A stretch of DNA of 64,000 nucleotides from Candidatus Poribacteria bacterium. GTDB taxonomy: Bacteria > Poribacteria > WGA-4E > PCPOR2b. The notes under the pieces were generated by a model, which was not told the DNA's origin, ran no database searches, and saw only the letters and a program-made list of their open reading frames with translations. Shown piece by piece: positions 58,656 to 64,000 of the stretch. The number at the start of each line of letters is the position of its first letter. Position 1 is the stretch's first letter. The translations under genes were made by a program, and so were the position numbers. The stretch is from NCBI GenBank assembly GCA_965218095.1, contig OZ244587.1, forward strand, positions 5,312,001 through 5,376,000, written 5' to 3'.

Positions 58656-61379
58656 TTACGCCTCAGGTTTGACGTGCGTCTCTAAAATTAACTGCGTCCC
58701 ATCCTCTCGTGCCAGCGTCTCGAAGAAATGTTTCGCTGTAGGATAATCTTCAGGGGGGATGATCGGATCTTTGAGCGTAAAATTGAGTGTGTAATGGATT
58801 TGATTTCCTTCCAGTTTGTACCGGCGATTCATGCTGGCGAAGCTGTGTTCAAGACAAACATGGTCTGGCAGCACTGCCGTCCACCCTTCCGGCAGAGTAA
58901 TCCGTATCGTCTTCTCCATCTGCATGGGGTAACTCAGATCAAGAAGAGATTTTCGTTCAGCCGCTGCAAAAATCTCCGCGTAGTCCGCAAACTCGTCGTT
59001 CGGAAGCGGCAACAGCATGTGAGCATCAATCTGCTTGGCGTAGTTCCCGACAGTAAAGGTGATGTCAATCTGAGCAGGTACATTGAGATCATTGAGGTCG
59101 GAAATCTGCACCTGATCGATTCGGACGCCGGGAAACTGCTTGCTAAGTTCAACGGCGAAGGTATCTTTCCACGCGCTCGGAGACACCTGCTTGTACTCCA
59201 ATCGGGCTTCCAAATTGTACTGCCCGCCCGTGTCAATCCGCATTCTCCCTTGAATAGATCCATCTGCGTCGAGTGTGATTTCCGTATTGACGATTAGCCG
59301 ATTGGATTCAGGTGGAGAAGCGGGAATATCGACAAATTCGCCCCGATCATTTCGGATAACGAAGCCTTTACGCCCTCCATCCCTGGCAGGGAGCTCGCCG
59401 TAGGCGCACGTTTCGGAGGTCGGATCCAGCCAGATATAGCCTCCATCGTCTCGGGGGATTGCGGCGATCAGATGGCTGAACTGTCCAAGCGACGGGAGTT
59501 CAAGGTCAACCCGTTCATACGGTGCAGGGTTGAGCATCACCGGAAACGCTTCGATACCAACGAGATCGAGCATCGCGATCATCAGGGTCGTTTTGTCCTT
59601 GCAGTCGCCGTATCGGACCTTGAGCACTTGATCGGCTGGCGAGGGTTGATATGCGCCTTGACCGAGTTCGATTCCCACGTAGCGGATCTGTGATGTAACG
59701 AAGTGATAGATCTCCCGAATCTTATCCTCATTTGTGATGAGAGATGTGGTGAGTCGCTGCACCGTTTCTTCGATGGCTTCATCGACAGTGTATCGATCTT
59801 TTGCGAGGTCTTTGTACCAATTGTAAACGGCGTCCCAAGATTCCACAGACGAATAGCTCAAGCGTGGGATGATATCGTTGATCGGCGGCATATTGTACTC
59901 CTCCTTGAGCCCCAGCGTTTCGCCATAGGTCCAAAGATAGGTGCTCGTCGCTTCCTCGTGAAGCACCTGCGGATTGAGTTTGCAATTGACCGCCTTCCAC
60001 CGAAATTTCGTATCTTTGGGGACACGCAGCGCATAGTTGGATTGGAGGGTAGGGTCTGTAGATTGCAAACTGAATCCCCCCCAAAACCATGTTGTACTCC
60101 CGACCAATTCGGCGCCTGCATCTTCAAGCGTGACCTGATATTCAATGCACACCCCTGGTTTCAGCGCAGGCATTGAAATAACCCGCCACATCGAATCCGA
60201 ATAGAGATTGTAAGAGAGCAGCCCCGGCGGAGTGACATCATTGAACGCCTCATCGAGCGGTTCAACGACGGCGCCATCGGGCAGAATAGTTCGCGCAACA
60301 TTGAGACCAATATGCTGTGCGGTGGGATTGTATGGGATTGCAATGTCATCATACTGTTGTACGCCCCGCTCCGTGAAGATCTTGACCACTTGGTGCGAGG
60401 TGTAGCGAGACTGCCCCGTCGGCAGCACCTCGTGGCTAAACTGGTTGAGCAGAATGAGCACGTCCGCATCCGGGTAATCTGAGGCATCGGGGGCTTGGGT
60501 AATGATCGTGTCTATATTGATGTCGATCAGATCCACCGGCGGAATGTCGGCAGATCTCACGACAAATCGATCCAATTGTGCGAGGGCCTGGAGGCGCGTG
60601 GGAGCAAGCAGATTTTGCGGATCGACCTCCAGGATTTTGTGGTATTGCAGTTGCGCCTCGTAGTAATGTCCGTGGTCTTCGTAGAGGGCGGCGAGGTTTT
60701 GACGCGCCCATATATCTTTCGGGAAAAGCCGAACCGATTCTCGAAACTCTGCAATTGCTTCGCCAATATCTCCCCTTCCCAGGTAAATCAAACCAAGATA
60801 GTTATGCAGATTTTTGCTTTCAGGTCGCGCAGACTTTGGATCGATTTCCAACGCTTTTCGTAATACCTGCTCGGCGTCGTCGAGCAGGTGGAGTTGCTTG
60901 TAAGCCAATCCGAGGTGGTTGAGGGCGTACAGGTTACGCGGATCCAGCTTCAAAGCCTCTTCGTACTCCCGTGCTGCGGCTTCGTGTTTGTTCAGATTCT
61001 CGTAGATATAGCCCAGATAATTGCGAGCGTTGATATTTTGGGGTTCAAGTTTCACCAACGCAACGAAAGCGTCACGTGCATTTTCGTACTCTTGCTGTTG
61101 GAAGTAGAGCTCGGCGATTTTGAGCTGAACGTTACTCGAATTTGGCTTGATCGCCAGTGCGGCTTGATAGGCTTTGAGGGCGCGGTCTAAATCCTGATTC
61201 TGGAGCGCCAAATTTCCCACCTCGATCTGTTCCCGCCACTGTTTGTTTCGCTCGACCAGCGGATCGACAATCTCCTTTTCAGAGGATGGTCCTCGGGTGA
61301 AGATTGAACAGCCACTCAGTAGCAGTAGCATAGTGATGAGTGGGATGCTTTGTCTGAAACGTTGGATTTTCATGGTCAT
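58656..61379 (-). CDS. Lipoprotein with TPR repeats, DUF3857 and transglutaminase-like domain
   Basis: Lipobox LSGC; TPRs; IRYV, GDCKD, H, WLDPT. Confidence 0.88.
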   Translation of the reverse strand: MTMKIQRFRQSIPLITMLLLLSGCSIFTRGPSSEKEIVDPLVERNKQWREQIEVGNLALQNQDLDRALKAYQAALAIKPNSSNVQLKIAELYFQQQEYENARDAFVALVKLEPQNINARNYLGYIYENLNKHEAAAREYEEALKLDPRNLYALNHLGLAYKQLHLLDDAEQVLRKALEIDPKSARPESKNLHNYLGLIYLGRGDIGEAIAEFRESVRLFPKDIWARQNLAALYEDHGHYYEAQLQYHKILEVDPQNLLAPTRLQALAQLDRFVVRSADIPPVDLIDINIDTIITQAPDASDYPDADVLILLNQFSHEVLPTGQSRYTSHQVVKIFTERGVQQYDDIAIPYNPTAQHIGLNVARTILPDGAVVEPLDEAFNDVTPPGLLSYNLYSDSMWRVISMPALKPGVCIEYQVTLEDAGAELVGSTTWFWGGFSLQSTDPTLQSNYALRVPKDTKFRWKAVNCKLNPQVLHEEATSTYLWTYGETLGLKEEYNMPPINDIIPRLSYSSVESWDAVYNWYKDLAKDRYTVDEAIEETVQRLTTSLITNEDKIREIYHFVTSQIRYVGIELGQGAYQPSPADQVLKVRYGDCKDKTTLMIAMLDLVGIEAFPVMLNPAPYERVDLELPSLGQFSHLIAAIPRDDGGYIWLDPTSETCAYGELPARDGGRKGFVIRNDRGEFVDIPASPPESNRLIVNTEITLDADGSIQGRMRIDTGGQYNLEARLEYKQVSPSAWKDTFAVELSKQFPGVRIDQVQISDLNDLNVPAQIDITFTVGNYAKQIDAHMLLPLPNDEFADYAEIFAAAERKSLLDLSYPMQMEKTIRITLPEGWTAVLPDHVCLEHSFASMNRRYKLEGNQIHYTLNFTLKDPIIPPEDYPTAKHFFETLAREDGTQLILETHVKPEA

Positions 61380-61561
61380 TCTCCTTGTATAATATGTTTC
61401 AGTTGGTGTGTTGTGTATTGCGTCAGATGATTTGCAGATTTAACCTGAGTTGCCGTGCGCCATGTTGACAGAGGTAGGGGAGATAGGGTATAGCACGGAT
61501 AATTGGAATGAACGGATCTATACCGACATTGAGCAAATGTTAACGATTTACCACCGCTGAT

Positions 61562-62778
61562 CTATATTTTCGGTGCCATCATGTCGGCGAGCATCTGATC
61601 GGTGATGTGGTGACCGAGGACGAAGATCTTCCGGCCGGCGTACCAGAAGATGCGCACTCCGTTGTGCTCGGTGAGGCTGGCGTACATGGAAAGCCATTTC
61701 CAGCAGTGAGGGAAAACGCCGACGTTTCGTGTGTCGAAAATCAGCTTCGGCTCACTGAACCACACGGGCTGATGGGCATTCGTCCGAAATTCGCCAACCA
61801 CAAAGAATTGGGGACGGCGGTTGTTGAGGTCCATGGGACCGTGGCCGCCGTAACCGTAGCCATTGTGGTTCTGCATAAACAGCAGAAAGCGCCCGTCATT
61901 GAGGCGGAACATCGGCGAGGGTGCCACCGGATTGAGCACCGGGTCGCCGTCATCTTTGAAGCGTAGCATTTCGATTAGGCGAAAGTGGCGCCCATCATCG
62001 TCTGAGACGGTGTACTAGATCTGCCCATTGGCGGTGTGCATCACCGTACCAGGTCTTCATCGTCAGGTAAGAATGTCATTTCAACATCCTTTGGGTCAGG
62101 TCCCTTGTCCATGTTGTTGTAGCGGATAAACTCGCAACGACATTCAAGGAAACTCTTGTCCTTGGAAGGTGGTTTAACGTAGGCAGCGGTCGAGCGCGTC
62201 AGCGGGACAATCTGGCGCCCCTTTGCGTCTCGGATCGGTTTCTGCCAGACGATGCATCGGCTCAACACCCTCGGATCGAGATGATCGAACTTGCTGCGAC
62301 GGTAGGGAATGTCAACGCCGCCGTCTATCCAGGTATGACCGTCATCATCGGAGTACTTGCAGTGCATGATGGCATTGATAAAGCCTTCACCAATGCCGGG
62401 CGCAAAGTTGTAAAACACATAAATGCGCCCCGACTTGCTCATCACGGGCCAACCACAATTGCAGTACGTCCCCAATTTCTGCGGCGCGGCGATCGCCGTG
62501 GGCGCAGTCCAGGTGAGGCCGTCGTCTGTGCTGCGCACACACACAACCGAATAATCAGAAACGTCTTGCCGGGTTGCCATCGTCCACACAGCCAAGAGTT
62601 CCCCACCCGGTGTCACGTCTACGAGCACATGGTCGTTGGCTTCAGCGGCATGCGGCGGCTGGACCGGCAGATAGACAACTACGTCAGGTTCGGTGCGCGT
62701 CCAGTCATCACTAAAGCAGGGATACTGCCCGACAGCCGGTTTGTTCCTGGGTGATTGCGGTTGATTATTTTCGTTCAT
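61562..62778 (-). pseudogene. Sialidase/BNR-repeat protein, disrupted
   Basis: STDDGLTW, SDDDGHTW; stop at 62041 with a third Asp-box-like (SDDDG) fragment between the two ORFs. Confidence 0.75.
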
Positions 62779-62872
62779 AAGATATCTCCGTTAAATTATC
62801 CTGGAGTCTCCTGCCTTTGATGATCATTTGTAGAGAGGTCAACACCCCATAGGCTTTCTGGAGTGCAAAAAT

Positions 62873-64000
62873 TCAAGTTTCGCCGAATTCTGCCACAGCA
62901 GGTCTCTGTTTCCAAAATCCCGTGGCTTGTTCAAAGGCATAAGCCAACTGTAGAACACCCAGGTCGTCCTGGTGCCGTCCTACAATCTGGAGGCCCACAG
63001 GTAGACCTTCGGGCGTGAAACCGCAGGGGACTGAGATGGCGGGGAGTCCGGTGACACTGATATAATAGCAGGATTTCATCCAGTCGATATATGTATCCAT
63101 TTTCACCTCGTTGATCTCGGTCACATAACGCTGCCTCACATCGAAGGGCGGCGCCTGGTTCACGGGAAGGATCAGGAACTCGCAACTCTCCATGAATTTC
63201 CGCACACGGTGATAAAGCTCTGCTCGCTTGAGTTCTGCTTGCCCAATCTGCGGTCCACTCAGCTTCATCCCCTCTTCAATGTTCCAGATCACGGTGTCCT
63301 TCACCTGGTCCCGGTGAGTCTTCAGCAGTTCGGCATAGGCAAGTTCAAAACGCCAGGCCCGCCACACCTTGAAGATTTCGTCCGCATCCGTGAAATCCGG
63401 CTCGCCATCCTCTATGACACAGCCTAGTTCCTCAAACACATGCCGCTGCCCGTCAATCGCCGCCGTCACACGCACATCCACCGGCAGTCCCCCCAAATCA
63501 CGACTCCAGGCAATGCGTACCCCTTTGAAATCACGCTCAAGGGGGTGGGAGAACAGGCTGCCCGGTTCGGTGATGGCAATAGGAGAGCGCGGATCGGGGC
63601 CGGCAATCGTGCTCAACATGAGGGCAGTATCCTGCACCGTGCGAGCCATAGGCCCTTGCACGGATATGGTAAACCAACCCAGCAGGGCAGGCCATACGGG
63701 GACTCTACCGGGGGAAGTGCGGAAGCCGACCACATTGCAGAAATTAGCCGGGTTGCGCAGAGAACCGCCCATGTCGCTGCCATCTGCGATTGGCTGCATG
63801 CCGCAGGCCAGGGCCACCGCCGCGCCGCCGCTGCTACCGCCGCAGGTTTTGGTGGTGTCGTAAGGGTTGAGGGTCTCCCCGAACACTTCGTTGTAGGTCT
63901 GAGAGCCGGCGCCAAACTCAGGAGTGTTGGTCTTGCCGATGGTGATAGCCCCCGCTTTTTTCAGTCGCTCCACGATCAGCGCGTCATGTTCTGGCACAAA
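62873..64000 (-). CDS. Amidase signature family protein (5' end outside window)
   Basis: GKTNTPEFG, GGSSGG, GSDMGGSLR, GLPVGLQIVG. Confidence 0.93.
   Translation of the reverse strand, partial: FVPEHDALIVERLKKAGAITIGKTNTPEFGAGSQTYNEVFGETLNPYDTTKTCGGSSGGAAVALACGMQPIADGSDMGGSLRNPANFCNVVGFRTSPGRVPVWPALLGWFTISVQGPMARTVQDTALMLSTIAGPDPRSPIAITEPGSLFSHPLERDFKGVRIAWSRDLGGLPVDVRVTAAIDGQRHVFEELGCVIEDGEPDFTDADEIFKVWRAWRFELAYAELLKTHRDQVKDTVIWNIEEGMKLSGPQIGQAELKRAELYHRVRKFMESCEFLILPVNQAPPFDVRQRYVTEINEVKMDTYIDWMKSCYYISVTGLPAISVPCGFTPEGLPVGLQIVGRHQDDLGVLQLAYAFEQATGFWKQRPAVAEFGET

Noticed and set aside
1-64000. CRISPR array, tRNA, rRNA
   Set aside because: No regularly spaced direct repeats and no recognisable RNA-gene motifs were seen.

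Overview
Bacterial window, by inference from a Candidatus Poribacteria-like organism (PhyH/HEAT, Gfo/Idh/MocA and HpcH expansions, an 'EPVASGVYFY' secretion-tail remnant, many REP-like palindromes). Bases 0.6-5.5 kb hold a decayed DNA adenine methyltransferase and two defective IS3 copies bracketing endonuclease V (nfi) and an unannotated 51-aa membrane peptide. Bases 5.6-24.7 kb are a minus-strand defence island: an Eco57I-like m6A methyltransferase and a PLD-SNF2 helicase bracket about 12 kb of unrelated cargo genes. The cargo is DUF6236-like, wHTH-HEPN-like, TcmP plus DUF5131, a membrane protein, an orphan HTH protein, ABC ATPase plus DUF4276, AlbA_2-HATPase and a nucleoside deoxyribosyltransferase. 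The array has a near-consensus promoter at its head. Its junctions carry recurrent scars: three copies of one gene start (MRKAxLQQQA), a 58-bp repeat and a 13-mer. This suggests cassette accretion, although no integrase lies in the window. Two apparently identical 1105-bp DDE IS copies with 8-bp target duplications sit inside the array. Bases 25-64 kb are catabolic genes (aldolases, enolase-family dehydratases, 2OG-Fe(II) dioxygenases, SDRs, GNATs, amidase) mixed with many gene remnants, a fused and decayed EcoRV-like R-M pair, MITEs and palindromic repeats. No rRNA, tRNA or CRISPR array was seen. All calls come from reading motifs; no searches were run.
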